Below, piece by piece: positions 17,014 to 27,622 of a stretch of DNA of 44,026 bases; the stretch's first letter is position 1; the number at the start of each line of letters is the position of its first letter. Under the pieces are notes generated by a model, which was not told the origin of the DNA, searched no databases, and saw nothing but the letters and a program-made list of their open reading frames with translations. The translations under genes were made by a program, and so were the position numbers. The stretch comes from a virus: the IMG/VR virus record IMGVR_UViG_3300037466_003019; one strand, given 5' to 3'.

Positions 17014-20000
17014 TCACCGAGAACACCCTGCGCGTAAAGCTGGAAGTCGCCGGCGATGGCCAGATGAAGGCCGCGCTGCTCGACAACGCCGGTGCGCTCG
17101 ACACGCTGGAGAAGTCGCAGGAGGCGGTGACCGAAGCGGCCGGCGCGATGGCCGATGCGCAGAAGCAGGCGACCGCCGCCACCGAGGCCGCGGGCGAAAC
17201 CGCGGAGGAGGCGGCCGCCCGCATCCGCGCCATGGTACAGGCCTCTCGCGAGCGCGCCGAGACCGAGCGCGCCGCCATGGAGGCCACCCAGCGCAGCGCG
17301 CAGACCACCGCCAGCGCCACCGTGGGCCTGGACCGCCTGGTGCAGGCCCAGAACCGCGCCATGTCCGCCACCACGCGCAGGGTGCAGGAGGAGCAGCGCG
17401 CCGCGCAGTCGGCCGCCCAGGTTGCGAGCATCGGCCAGCAGCGGCAGGAGCTGGAAAAGCTGGTCGGCCAGATCGACCCGACCGTCGCGGCGCTGCACCG
17501 GCTGGACGTGCAGCAGCAGCAGCTCAACGATTTCCACAAGGCCGGCCTGCTCGGCACCGACGACTACAAGCGTTTCAGTAGCGCGATCGACGACAGCCGT
17601 ACCCGCATCGCGGCGGCCGGCGAGGCGATGCACAGCTTCAGCCTCAACAATGCGAACGCGCGGCGCGAGCTGGGTTACATCGTCAAGGACCTCGCCACCG
17701 GGCAATTCGGCCGTGCGCAGCAGAGTTTCCTGACCTTGGCCAACGCCAGCGGCCTGGTGCAGCTGGCGTTTAGCGGCGTGGGCGCCGTGCTCGGCGCCAC
17801 CGTGGCCGGTCTAGGACTGTTCGCCGTCGAGGCGGGCAAGGGCGTCGCGCAGGAACTCGCGCTGGACCGGGCCATCATCGCCACCGGCGAAAGCGCGGGC
17901 GTGACCACCGGCCAGGTACACGCCATGGCGTCCGCCATTGGCCGCGAGGGCGCTGCGGCCATGCAGCTGCTGGTCGAATCCGGGCGGGTAGGCGGCGAGC
18001 GGTTGCAGGAGGCCGGGCAGGCGGCGGTGGACATGGCCCAGGTGACGGGGCGCAGCCTGGCGTCCGCGGCCGCGGCGATCATCCAGCTGCAGGACGACCC
18101 GGTGCGGGCCGTGCAGGAGCTGGACAAGCAACTGCATTTCCTCACCGCCACCGAGTACGAGAACATCCGCGCGCTGCAGGAGATGGGCGACACGTCCGCC
18201 GCCGCGGCGATCGCGCAGACCGCGCTGGCGCAGGACGTGGCCGCGAAGGCGGCCGAGCAGCGCGAACACCTGACCCTGTTGGGGCGCGCCTGGTACGAGG
18301 TGCGCGACGCGATCGACGCCGCAGCGGAAGCCGCCAAGCGCTACGGACGCGAGGCCGTATACGGCAGCACCAACACGGACGACCTGGCCGAGGCGAACCG
18401 CCAGCTGGACGCCATCCGCCGGCGCTCGCCCCAGTTGGGTGGGCTCTCCGATGCGCAGCTGCTCGCCGCTGCCCGCACGCCGGGCGATCGCAACCATGCC
18501 CTGCTAGCCGGCGACCTTGGCACCATCCAGATGGCGGTGTCGGCCAAGCAACGCAGTGCGTCCGGCGCCTGGTTCGAGGGGGTGTTGGCCAGCACCGAGC
18601 AGCAGCGGGTGCAAGCCAACGGGATGCTCAAGGACGACGATGCGTTCTTCGACAACCTGCTCAAGCAGGCCAAGAGCGATCAAGCGAAGGCGAAGGAAAT
18701 CGCGGCGATCAACGCCCGCACCCAGCAGGACATCGCCGCCGCGCCCAACCGGCGGGCGGAGTTCGAGCAGCGCCAGAAAGAGGCCCTGGCGGCGGTGGAG
18801 AAGAAGTACACCGACCGCGGCGCCGCTGGCGTGGATCGCGCCTCGCTGCAGGCCGACGTGGACGCCTACCGGCAGGCCCAAAAACAAATCGACGATATCT
18901 TCGCCAACAGCAACCGCGCGCTGGGGGGCGAGCTGCGCGCCGGCCTGATCGACGAGCAGGACTACTACCAGCAGCGCATCAAGCTGATCAACGACCACGC
19001 CGCGCAGCTCGACGCCTCGCTGGCCAAGGAGGCCGAGGCCCTGCGCCAGCACAAGGCCTCCGGTGCCGATCAGATCCGCCTGGAGCAGCAGCTGCGCGAC
19101 GTGGAGGCCAAGCGCGCCCAGGTGGAGCAGGATGCCGCGGCGGCGCGCAAGGAGGCCGACAACGACCACCTGACCGCACTGCGGAAGATGGACGAGCTGA
19201 ACCAGCGCATCGCACTGGAGCTTGCCACGTACCAGCGGTCGCGTGAACAGGCGGTGGGGCGCGACATCGCTGGCATTGGCCACGGTACCGACTACGCGCA
19301 GCAGAGCCAGATCCTGGACCAGTTGCGCACGCAGGCCGATGCGCGGCGCGACGAGCTGACCCGCGCCGCCCAAAAGGACGGCACGCTGGGCACGGACAAG
19401 TATCTGGACGGCCTGCGGCAGATCGACGAGTGGGAGCAGCAGCAGGTCCAGCGCGAGGCTGGCTACTGGAAACAGCGCAAGGAAGCCATGGGCGAATGGC
19501 GCAACGGCGCCCGCGCCGCGTTGGAGGATTTCAAAAGCGCCGCCGAGGATGTGGCCGGTTCGGTACGTGAAGGCTTTGGCGGGATGTTCCGCGACATGGA
19601 GGACGATGCCGTCCAGTGGGCGGTCGGCAACCACGTCAGCCTGAAGAACGTGGAAAAGGATTTCGAGGTCATGCTCGCTCGCATGGCCATTCGCGCCGCC
19701 GAAGCGGAGGCCGCCAGCGCGCTGCTGGGATGGATTGGTCGCGGTGGCTCGGGCTTCACGTCGCTGGGTGGCTCGGCGGCTGACTACAGCAGCATCGGCA
19801 GCGACGGCAGCTTCGGCGGCGGCTTCAACCTGGCCACCGCCGGCCATGCCGAGGGTGGCCGCATCACGGGCCCGGGCACCGGTACCAGCGACAGCATCCT
19901 CGCTCGCCTGTCCAACGGCGAGAACGTGATGACGGCAAAGGCCACCAACTACTACGGCCAGCGATTCATGGACGACGTGAACGCCATGCGCCTGCCGCGC

Positions 20001-20261
20001 TTCGCCCAGGGTGGTCCGGTCGGCAGTGGCTCCATGCCCTTGGCCGCCGCGGGCGCCGCGGGCGGCACCGTCGTGAACATCTACGGCGCCGATCAGGACA
20101 CCCGCGTGCAGCAGCGCGAGGGAGGCGACGGCACCCGGTACATCGAGGTGTTCCTCAACGCCGCCGCGCAGGACGTGGCGCGGGGTGGGCGTCTCGGCCA
20201 GGCGATCAGCTCGGTCTACGGCGTGCGGCGGCAGGGCCGCAGCTATGGAGGCTCGAACTGA
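17010..20261 (+). CDS. Tape measure protein
   Basis: 1083 aa, with long Ala/Gln/Glu/Arg coiled-coil regions, in the canonical position. Confidence 0.9.
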   Translation: MITENTLRVKLEVAGDGQMKAALLDNAGALDTLEKSQEAVTEAAGAMADAQKQATAATEAAGETAEEAAARIRAMVQASRERAETERAAMEATQRSAQTTASATVGLDRLVQAQNRAMSATTRRVQEEQRAAQSAAQVASIGQQRQELEKLVGQIDPTVAALHRLDVQQQQLNDFHKAGLLGTDDYKRFSSAIDDSRTRIAAAGEAMHSFSLNNANARRELGYIVKDLATGQFGRAQQSFLTLANASGLVQLAFSGVGAVLGATVAGLGLFAVEAGKGVAQELALDRAIIATGESAGVTTGQVHAMASAIGREGAAAMQLLVESGRVGGERLQEAGQAAVDMAQVTGRSLASAAAAIIQLQDDPVRAVQELDKQLHFLTATEYENIRALQEMGDTSAAAAIAQTALAQDVAAKAAEQREHLTLLGRAWYEVRDAIDAAAEAAKRYGREAVYGSTNTDDLAEANRQLDAIRRRSPQLGGLSDAQLLAAARTPGDRNHALLAGDLGTIQMAVSAKQRSASGAWFEGVLASTEQQRVQANGMLKDDDAFFDNLLKQAKSDQAKAKEIAAINARTQQDIAAAPNRRAEFEQRQKEALAAVEKKYTDRGAAGVDRASLQADVDAYRQAQKQIDDIFANSNRALGGELRAGLIDEQDYYQQRIKLINDHAAQLDASLAKEAEALRQHKASGADQIRLEQQLRDVEAKRAQVEQDAAAARKEADNDHLTALRKMDELNQRIALELATYQRSREQAVGRDIAGIGHGTDYAQQSQILDQLRTQADARRDELTRAAQKDGTLGTDKYLDGLRQIDEWEQQQVQREAGYWKQRKEAMGEWRNGARAALEDFKSAAEDVAGSVREGFGGMFRDMEDDAVQWAVGNHVSLKNVEKDFEVMLARMAIRAAEAEAASALLGWIGRGGSGFTSLGGSAADYSSIGSDGSFGGGFNLATAGHAEGGRITGPGTGTSDSILARLSNGENVMTAKATNYYGQRFMDDVNAMRLPRFAQGGPVGSGSMPLAAAGAAGGTVVNIYGADQDTRVQQREGGDGTRYIEVFLNAAAQDVARGGRLGQAISSVYGVRRQGRSYGGSN

Positions 20262-20263
20262 CC

Positions 20264-20623
20264 ATGAGCAACCCGACCTGGCCCAGCACGCTGCCGCCAC
20301 CGGTCGCTGATAACAGCGCCGGCTACCAGGCCGTGAGCAACGCCGTACGCAGCAATACCGAGGCGGGCGTCGCCAAGGTGCGCCGCCGTTTCACGGCGGT
20401 GGCCACGCCGTTCAACTGCAACCTCAAGCTCACGCAGGCGCAGTACGCCACGCTGATCACTTTCTACGAGACAACCCTGCTCGACGTGCTGCCGTTCGAC
20501 TGGACCGACTGGCGCACCGGGGTCACCGCCAGCTACCGCTTCGTGCAGCGGCCGGGCGGCACGTTTATCCAGGGCTCGATCAACCGCTGGCTGGTGAACC
20601 TGCAACTGGAGAAGCTGCCGTGA
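20264..20623 (+). CDS. Minor tail protein (lambda gpM-like position)
   Basis: 119 aa, first gene after the tape measure. Confidence 0.5.
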   Translation: MSNPTWPSTLPPPVADNSAGYQAVSNAVRSNTEAGVAKVRRRFTAVATPFNCNLKLTQAQYATLITFYETTLLDVLPFDWTDWRTGVTASYRFVQRPGGTFIQGSINRWLVNLQLEKLP

Positions 20624-21093
20624 GGACGATGAGCCTCAACGCCATGCGCGCCATGTTCGCCCAGGAGACGGGCGAGGTGTTTCTGGTGTGCCTGACCATC
20701 ACGCACCCGGACATCACCACGCAGCGGCTGGTGAACAACACCCAGCCGGTGGTGCGGGCGGCGGGCACCTACCAGCCATACCCCATGCAACTGAAGCTGC
20801 CCGACGAGCGCGATGACCAACTGCCGCAGGTCGACATCGTGATCGACAACGTGGACCGCGCCGTGCTCGAGCAGATCCGCACGATCAAGGGCGTGCCGCA
20901 GGTGACCATGGAGGTGATCCTGGCCAGCAGCCCCGATACCGTGGAGGCCGGCCCGTTCGACTTTTCGCTCAAGACGGCGAGCTACGACGTGCTGGCGATC
21001 ACCGGCACGCTGGGCTACGAGGACGACATCCTCAACCAGACCGTGCCGGCCACCGAGTACACGCCGACGAACTCGCCGGGGCTGTTCGAGTGA
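20620..21093 (+). CDS. Minor tail protein (gpL-like, DUF1833-like)
   Basis: EVFLVCLTITHPD...QLPQVDIVIDNVDRAVLEQI pattern. ATGA-coupled. Confidence 0.55.
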   Translation: MRTMSLNAMRAMFAQETGEVFLVCLTITHPDITTQRLVNNTQPVVRAAGTYQPYPMQLKLPDERDDQLPQVDIVIDNVDRAVLEQIRTIKGVPQVTMEVILASSPDTVEAGPFDFSLKTASYDVLAITGTLGYEDDILNQTVPATEYTPTNSPGLFE

Positions 21094-21500
21094 ACGGCGC
21101 CATCCCCGACTGGGCGGCGCCCTACATCGGCCTTCCCTACGTGGACAAGGGCCGCACGCGCGAGGGCGTGGATTGCTGGGGCCTGGTGCGCCTGGTGCTG
21201 GCCGATGTGTTCCACGTGAACCTGCCTGACTACAGCGGCGCCTACCGGGATGGGGACGACTGGGGCGGCATCGCGCACGCCGTGCGCGCTGGCCTGGCCG
21301 AAGGCCCCTGGGTGAAGACCCAGCAGCCGCGTGCGGGTGACCTGCTCATCCTGAAGATCGCCGACCGCCCATGGCATTGCGGGGTGATGCTGAGCTCCAC
21401 CCGCTTCCTGCACGCCAAGCCGGGGGACTCGGTAGTGCATGAGCCGCTGGATACACCACGCTGGTCCAACCGGATCGAGGGGATCTACCGCCATGGCTGA
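21090..21500 (+). CDS. NlpC/P60-family tail tip protein (gpK-like)
   Basis: GVDCWGLVRLVL supplies the catalytic Cys and ...PWHCGVML the His. 136 aa. Confidence 0.75.
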   Translation: MNGAIPDWAAPYIGLPYVDKGRTREGVDCWGLVRLVLADVFHVNLPDYSGAYRDGDDWGGIAHAVRAGLAEGPWVKTQQPRAGDLLILKIADRPWHCGVMLSSTRFLHAKPGDSVVHEPLDTPRWSNRIEGIYRHG

Positions 21501-24342
21501 CGGCAGCACCGGCCTGGTCTCGCTGGTGGCGAGGCCGCACCCGTTCCAGCCCGACACCTACTACGCCGAGGCCGTTGCGGGGCAGACCATCGCCGAACTG
21601 CTGGGGCCGGGCGCGCGGCACAGCCTGCGCGTGGAGGTGGGAGGCGTCGAGGTGCCGGCGCAGGTGTGGCACCGCGTGAAGCCCAAGGCGGGGCAGCAGC
21701 TCACCGTCACCGCCTTTCCCCAGGGCGGTGGGAACAACAACAAGCTGCTCAAGATCGTGGTGGTGATCGTCGCCTTTGCATACCTCTGGTACACGGGGTT
21801 CACCGATTGGCACGGCGCCGGGCAGATCCTGGCCTACGGCTTCACCGCGGTGAACCTGCTGGTGCCCCCGCCGCAGCCCAAGCTACCGAACGGCGCCGAC
21901 CCGTTCGACCCGCTGCAATCGCTCACCGGCACGCAGAACCGCGCCGCGGTCTACAGCCCGATTCCATTCGTGATCGGCACGGTGCGCTTCTACCCCACCC
22001 ACGCCGCGCTGCCGTACACCGAGATCAGCGGCGCCGATCAGTACCTGCGCATGCTGCTCGACCTCGGGCCAGGCACCCTGGACGTCACCGACATCACCAT
22101 CGGCGAAACGGACATCGCTTCCTATGACGATGTCGAGTGGGAGATCAGCACCAACCCCACGCTGTTCGCCAATGACATCTTCGAGCTGCAGGTAGGCACC
22201 AGCCTGAATACCGCCGGCAGCAGCGACCTGCGCGCCGGGCAATCCAGCAGCTCGGAAATGTCGCTGGACCTTCAGTTTCCCACCGGCTTGTTCGGCGTCG
22301 ACAAGAAAGGCAACGACGTGGTGGGCCACGTCGGCGTGAGCATCCAGTACCGCCTGGTGGGCTCCTCCACGTGGAACAGTGCAGCGAGCGCACCGGGCCT
22401 GTCGCTGTCCTCCAGCGCGATCGCTGCCGCTGGTGGCAATTTCACCGTGACCGGCAGCGCCCACAAGGCGTTGCGCGTGGGCGTGCGCTGGACGGTGCCG
22501 GTGGGGCAGTACGAGGTGCAGGTCACCCGCAACACCACCAGTTGGGACAACACCACGTCCGCCAACTATTCCGACATGGTATGGACGGTGCTGCGCAGCA
22601 TCAGCAGCGCGAAGCCGAGCACTACGGGCAACAACTATCTCGCCATCCGCATCCGCGCCACCGATCAGCTCAACCAGGTGGTGAGCACCGTGAGCGTGCT
22701 GGCGAGCCAGCGTATCCGCACGTGGGACCGCAGCACCGGCACCTGGACCTACAACGTCGCCACGGCCAATAACGCCTGGGTCTACCACTGGCTGCTGACC
22801 AATGCACCCAGCCAGGCTGTTGCGCGGCCGGTGGCCGAGACCCGCGTCGACATCGACGCCATTGCCGATTGGGCCGACGACTGCACGGCCATGGGGTACA
22901 CGTACAACCAGCTGGAGCAGAGCGGCCGCACCCTGTTCGACCTGCTCAAGGATGTGCTGGCCAGCGGCCGGGCCACCTTTGGCATGCGCAACGGCAAGTA
23001 CAGCTGCGTGCGCGACGTGGCGCAGACCGTGCCCGTGCAGCTGTTCACGCCGGCCAACAGCTGGGACTTCCGCGGCGAGCGGGCGTATTTCGACCCGCCG
23101 CATGCGCTGCGCTGCCAGTTCATCAACCCGGAAGCGAACAACCAGCAGGACGAGCGCATCGTCTACGCCGCGGGCTACGACGCCTCCAACGCCACGCGCT
23201 TCGAGCCGATGGACCTGCGCATGTGTACGGACCCCGGCCCGGTGTGGCGCCTGGGCACCTACCACCTCGAGGCGGCGGACAAGCGGCAGAACACCTATTC
23301 CTGGATGGCCGACGTGGAGAACCTGGTGTGCGAGCGCGGCGACCTGGTGCACGTGGCCCATGACGTGGTGGAGTGGGGCGCCGGCAGCGGCCGTATCAAG
23401 AGCATTGCCGCCGATCGGCTGAGCGTGACGCTGGATGGCGCGGCGGCGTTGAAGTCGGGCGCGCTCTACGCCATGCAGGTGCGCGCGGACAATGCTGTGC
23501 AGCAGGTGATCAACACCACCACGACCGGCAACGGGGACGTAAGCGTGTTCGCGTTCGCCAGCGCGTTGCCGAGCAATGTGCAGGTGGGCGACCTGTGCGT
23601 GATCGGCGATCGCACGCTGGTAACCACGCCGTTGATCGTGCAGATGATCCAGCCGCAGGGCGACCTGACCGCGCGCCTCACCGGCGTGGACGCTGCGCCC
23701 ACCGTGCCGGCCGCCGGCACCGGCACGCCGCCGCCGTTCGTCAGCGCCATCAACGGCAAACCCTGGTGCGCAGCCCCGGACCTGCCTGACGTGACCATCC
23801 GCATCGGCGACAGCCCGCCGGACGACGCCGGCGTGATCCATGCCCAGCCCGGCGTGTACGGCTCGCCCAAGCCGGGCATCCACCGCATCCCCATCCACGG
23901 CCCGGGATGCGTGCTGGTCGACAGCGAGGTAATCGCGGTGGTGGACGGCCAAGACGTGACCAAGCGCGCCGGTGACGTGCAGGTGGGTGACACGCTGCGC
24001 CTGTTCGACCCGGTGACGCTTGCGCCCACCACTGGCGTGGTGAGCTACAGCGAGCCGACGCCGCAGCCCTGCGTGGTGATCACCACGCGCAGCGGCAAGC
24101 GCCTGCGCTGCTCCACAAGCGCGCCGATCCCCACCCAGCACGGCGGCCTGCGCACCGCGCCCAACGTAGCCGGGCAGGCCGTTGCCGTGCGCGTGGATGG
24201 CGTGGCGCAGTGGGAGGAGGTGGCCTCGGTGCGCGTGCTGGGTCGCCAGATGGTGCAGCACATCACCTGCGAAAACGGCTGCTTCTGGGCTGACGACGTG
24301 GGCCACCACAACCTCAAGCCCATTGCACGAGGGGACGACTGA
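21493..24342 (+). CDS. Tail tip/host-specificity protein (gpI-like N-terminus fused to a gpJ-like body) with C-terminal Hint domain
   Basis: 949 aa. The N-terminus ...PQGGGNNNKLLKIVVVIVAFAYLWY is gpI-like with a TM segment. ...LTGTQNRAAVYSPIPFVIGTVRFYP is J-like. The C-terminus is intein-like. Confidence 0.75.
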   Translation: MADGSTGLVSLVARPHPFQPDTYYAEAVAGQTIAELLGPGARHSLRVEVGGVEVPAQVWHRVKPKAGQQLTVTAFPQGGGNNNKLLKIVVVIVAFAYLWYTGFTDWHGAGQILAYGFTAVNLLVPPPQPKLPNGADPFDPLQSLTGTQNRAAVYSPIPFVIGTVRFYPTHAALPYTEISGADQYLRMLLDLGPGTLDVTDITIGETDIASYDDVEWEISTNPTLFANDIFELQVGTSLNTAGSSDLRAGQSSSSEMSLDLQFPTGLFGVDKKGNDVVGHVGVSIQYRLVGSSTWNSAASAPGLSLSSSAIAAAGGNFTVTGSAHKALRVGVRWTVPVGQYEVQVTRNTTSWDNTTSANYSDMVWTVLRSISSAKPSTTGNNYLAIRIRATDQLNQVVSTVSVLASQRIRTWDRSTGTWTYNVATANNAWVYHWLLTNAPSQAVARPVAETRVDIDAIADWADDCTAMGYTYNQLEQSGRTLFDLLKDVLASGRATFGMRNGKYSCVRDVAQTVPVQLFTPANSWDFRGERAYFDPPHALRCQFINPEANNQQDERIVYAAGYDASNATRFEPMDLRMCTDPGPVWRLGTYHLEAADKRQNTYSWMADVENLVCERGDLVHVAHDVVEWGAGSGRIKSIAADRLSVTLDGAAALKSGALYAMQVRADNAVQQVINTTTTGNGDVSVFAFASALPSNVQVGDLCVIGDRTLVTTPLIVQMIQPQGDLTARLTGVDAAPTVPAAGTGTPPPFVSAINGKPWCAAPDLPDVTIRIGDSPPDDAGVIHAQPGVYGSPKPGIHRIPIHGPGCVLVDSEVIAVVDGQDVTKRAGDVQVGDTLRLFDPVTLAPTTGVVSYSEPTPQPCVVITTRSGKRLRCSTSAPIPTQHGGLRTAPNVAGQAVAVRVDGVAQWEEVASVRVLGRQMVQHITCENGCFWADDVGHHNLKPIARGDD
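23908..24339 (+). other. Hint (intein-like) domain at the C-terminus of the J-like protein
   Basis: Begins with Cys (GPG-CVLVDSEVIAV). Contains AGDVQVGDTLRL. Ends VQHITCENGCFWADDVGHHN-LKPIARGDD, which resembles intein blocks F/G with terminal HN. Confidence 0.6.
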
Positions 24343-26921
24343 TGGCCACGTCCGCCGCCGTCAAGCTGGAGGTCCGCTGGCGCGAAGTCGGCACCGAGGC
24401 ATGGAGCAACATCGCCGAGGCGCCGGTGATGAACGAGCTCTACATCGAGGGCCTCACGCGCGGCAAGCAGTACGAGGTGGAATGGCGCGGCGTGTCGGCT
24501 TGCGGTGCGAAAAGCGCGTGGGGCAGCACGCTCCACACGCCGCCGGGCGTAGCGGTGCCGCTGGCGATCTCCACGCTGACCGCCGCATCGCTCGCCGATG
24601 GCGTGCACCTCACCTGGGCGACCGATGGCATCCAGCCGGCCGGCATCGAGTATTCGATCGAGCGCAGCGCCTCGTCCACCACCGGCTTCGTGGAACGGGC
24701 GCGCGTGCGCGCCACCGCCTTCACGGACCCGGAAACGAGCGGCACCACCTACTACTACCGCGTGCGCGGGGTGAATTTCTCCGAGGTGTACGGGCCCTAC
24801 AGCTCGGTGGTGAGCAGCAACGGCGTGAACGTCGGGGCGATCGGCAACACGGCCAACCAGGCCAACGCCAACGTGCCGACGGTCATCAACCCGCAGTTCA
24901 AGAACGGCACCACCGGCTGGACGTTCGACAACGCCGCGGGCTTCTACCAGGAGCAGGGCGCGAACAGCCCGGACAGCGCGTGCAACACCTACCTGGTGCG
25001 CCAGGGGCAGGCCGGTGGCGCGACCACGGCAGCGCGCAACCTCGGATACGTGAGCGTGGTTCCCGGGCAGACCGTCACGGCGCTGTGCTGTCTGAAGTCG
25101 CTCAGCGCCAATGCCGGCGCTTATGCAGGCGTCCGCATCTCCTGGCGTGACCTCAACCATTCTGAGCTATCGGTGACGCATGCGAGTGTCACCTGCGGCC
25201 CCGGCGGCACCTATCTGCAATGCGTGAGCAAGGCCGCTGGGCAGGCGCCAGCAAACGCGCAATTCGCCCATCTCGAAATCGAGTATCTCCTCCACACGAG
25301 CGGGTACCTCAACGCCACCAGTTGCAACCTTACGGTGCAGCCGGCGAGCCTCGGCGAGGTGCCCGACGGCGGTGGCCGCTACGGCGTGCACCAGGTCGAC
25401 GGCAATGGCCTGGCCATCGTGGACTTCTCGCAAGCGGGCCACGTCAACAAGAACCTCGACTACATCAACGACGGCGGCTCGTTCGCAAAGATCCGCAAAG
25501 GCCAGTTAAGCAATGGCATCCTGAGCCTGCTCCAGAATGGCCGCAATTGCATCTTCAACCCGACGTTCACCCAGAACGCTGCCGGTATAGGGAACGGTGC
25601 GTTCGTGACGAGCGGCACCGTCATCGACGGCTGGACGGTTTCGGGAGGCTCCGCGGTTGCGGGCTGCATCGCCTATTTCGGGCAGTTGTACTCGCGCGTC
25701 CTCGCCGGGTATGTCGTTGCAGCGGGTAGCGCCGGCAGTCCGGTTGCCTCTTATGGCGGCATCGCATCCTCTACCCCTTTTGCCGTTATCCCAAACAGCA
25801 TCTACGCATTCTCGGTTGGCAAGTTCTCTGGCGCGTCCATGCCGATCGGTTCGTTGCCTGCGGGCGTGAGTGTCTATCACCGCGTCTACATCAGTTTCAA
25901 GGATTCAACGGGAGCGGTGATCCGCAACGACATCTTCGATGACGGCCTTTACAACACCCGCGCCCTCGTTACCGCGGCAGGAACCGTCCCATCGAACGCC
26001 ACACAAGCAGTCATCTTCCTCTACATTTACTTTCTCAACACGGGGTCCGCCTGGACGCTACCGGCTGGCTCCTATTTCGACGCGGATATTTCTTCGATTG
26101 AATATGTTCAAGCGTCCGACTTGTCCTACCAGGTGACCGGCACCCTTAGCACGCAGCGCAACCTGCCGCTGGTCACGTGGGGCAACTACGGCGGCGGCTG
26201 GAGCGGCCTGTCGATCCCCTACACCACGACCACCACCAGCTGCACCTTCAACGCGAGCGCCGGCACGTACATCGGCGGCGGCGACTCGATCGCCTACAAC
26301 GCTAGCAGCGTGACCGTCAGCGGCAGCGCCGGTGCCGTCATCACCTACTACCTGTTCTACGACGATCCGGGCATGACGGGTGGCAGCAAGACGCTGCAAG
26401 CCACGACGAACCAGATCACCAGCCTCAACGCCAACGGCCGCGTGCTGGTGGCGACGGTGAAGGTCACCTTCCCGACCAGTGGCACGGGTGGCGGGACGGG
26501 GGGCGGCAGCTGCCCGCAGGTCGACCAGCCAGTCATCTGCATCCGCCAAGGCGACTCGGACCCGGAGACGATCCGTGCCGGCGACGTGCGTGTGGGCGAC
26601 CGCCTGCTGCTTTCCAGCGGCCGCTGGGGCCTGGTGTCGTTCTCCGAGCGCCGGCAGCAGCCCGGCGTGCGCGTGGTCGGCGCGGATGGCTCCAGCATCA
26701 CCTGCAGCGCCAGCGCGCCGCTGGAGACGGCGGAGGGTCCCTGCGTGGTGGCGCCCTACACCCGCGGCTTGGTGCTGCGCCATCGCACGCACGGCGTCAT
26801 GCGCGTGGCCGAGGTGTTCGACGTGGGCGACATCTGGGTCCAGCACATCACCTGCGAGAACGATTGCTTCTGGGTAGGCGACTACTCCCACCACAACCGC
26901 AAACCGGACCCCATCACATGA
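24342..26921 (+). CDS. Tail fibre protein with N-terminal FN3 repeats, a lower-GC central receptor-binding-like region and a C-terminal Hint domain
   Basis: 859 aa. FN3-like segments: ...YEVEWRGVSACG... and ...YYYRVRGVNFSEVYGPYS. The region around 25150-26150 is visibly lower in GC. The C-terminus is homologous to that of the J-like protein. Confidence 0.75.
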   Translation: MATSAAVKLEVRWREVGTEAWSNIAEAPVMNELYIEGLTRGKQYEVEWRGVSACGAKSAWGSTLHTPPGVAVPLAISTLTAASLADGVHLTWATDGIQPAGIEYSIERSASSTTGFVERARVRATAFTDPETSGTTYYYRVRGVNFSEVYGPYSSVVSSNGVNVGAIGNTANQANANVPTVINPQFKNGTTGWTFDNAAGFYQEQGANSPDSACNTYLVRQGQAGGATTAARNLGYVSVVPGQTVTALCCLKSLSANAGAYAGVRISWRDLNHSELSVTHASVTCGPGGTYLQCVSKAAGQAPANAQFAHLEIEYLLHTSGYLNATSCNLTVQPASLGEVPDGGGRYGVHQVDGNGLAIVDFSQAGHVNKNLDYINDGGSFAKIRKGQLSNGILSLLQNGRNCIFNPTFTQNAAGIGNGAFVTSGTVIDGWTVSGGSAVAGCIAYFGQLYSRVLAGYVVAAGSAGSPVASYGGIASSTPFAVIPNSIYAFSVGKFSGASMPIGSLPAGVSVYHRVYISFKDSTGAVIRNDIFDDGLYNTRALVTAAGTVPSNATQAVIFLYIYFLNTGSAWTLPAGSYFDADISSIEYVQASDLSYQVTGTLSTQRNLPLVTWGNYGGGWSGLSIPYTTTTTSCTFNASAGTYIGGGDSIAYNASSVTVSGSAGAVITYYLFYDDPGMTGGSKTLQATTNQITSLNANGRVLVATVKVTFPTSGTGGGTGGGSCPQVDQPVICIRQGDSDPETIRAGDVRVGDRLLLSSGRWGLVSFSERRQQPGVRVVGADGSSITCSASAPLETAEGPCVVAPYTRGLVLRHRTHGVMRVAEVFDVGDIWVQHITCENDCFWVGDYSHHNRKPDPIT
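26511..26918 (+). other. Hint (intein-like) domain at the C-terminus of the tail fibre
   Basis: A GGGTGGGS linker precedes CPQVDQPVICI. Contains AGDVRVGDRLLL and ITCSASAP. Ends VQHITCENDCFWVGDYSHHN-RKPDPIT. Confidence 0.6.
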
Positions 26922-27430
26922 GCTACACGAAGCAGACCGACCCGATCCCCGGCATTGCCGATGCGCTGGCGCAGGCGCTGAAGCAGTCCGCCATCACCGA
27001 CCCCGTGGTCGACGACCTGCTCGCCGCCGGCAGCGCCGTGCAGCTGGAAACGGGCGACAAGGTGTGGGTGTCGAGCGTCATCCACGACAAGCCTGAGACG
27101 CTGCAGGTCGACGTCATCACCGTCGCCATCGCCTGTCGGCCGGATGTGACGCCGTGGTACAAGCCCAACGGCCAGGTGGTGTGCACGGTCTTCTGGCACG
27201 GCGTATGGGCGCAGGAGCTCGCCAACCTCACCACCAACACGGTGCGCAAGGCGCTGATGATGGTCGCCCTGGGCGAGCCGCAGCCGCAGGTGCCGATCCC
27301 CAACCCGGACCCGTTGCCGGCGCCGCAGGAGCAGGACGCGCTTCCCGGCCTGTCGCAGGCGCAGCTGTCGATCCGCCAGGCGATCACCGCGGCTACGGAA
27401 ATCACGCAGCCGGTGGAGGACGTCCTCTGA
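26918..27430 (+). CDS. Hypothetical protein (possible fibre accessory/assembly protein)
   Basis: 170 aa, ATGA-coupled to the fibre gene. Confidence 0.5.
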   Translation: MSYTKQTDPIPGIADALAQALKQSAITDPVVDDLLAAGSAVQLETGDKVWVSSVIHDKPETLQVDVITVAIACRPDVTPWYKPNGQVVCTVFWHGVWAQELANLTTNTVRKALMMVALGEPQPQVPIPNPDPLPAPQEQDALPGLSQAQLSIRQAITAATEITQPVEDVL

Positions 27431-27622
27431 CGAGCAAGCCGCCGCTGCCGGCGAACGGATCGAGCATGGCCTAGAGTCCGCGGCGCTCGAGGGCGCCACG
27501 AAAGAGGGGCCATTGCGGGCCATGGCTGGGCTCGGCCATTGACCCAGGGGAAACAGGCATATCACGCGACCTTTGGCCGCGTGGCCTCAGCATGCGGTCG
27601 ACGCGGGTTCGGAGACGTTGGC

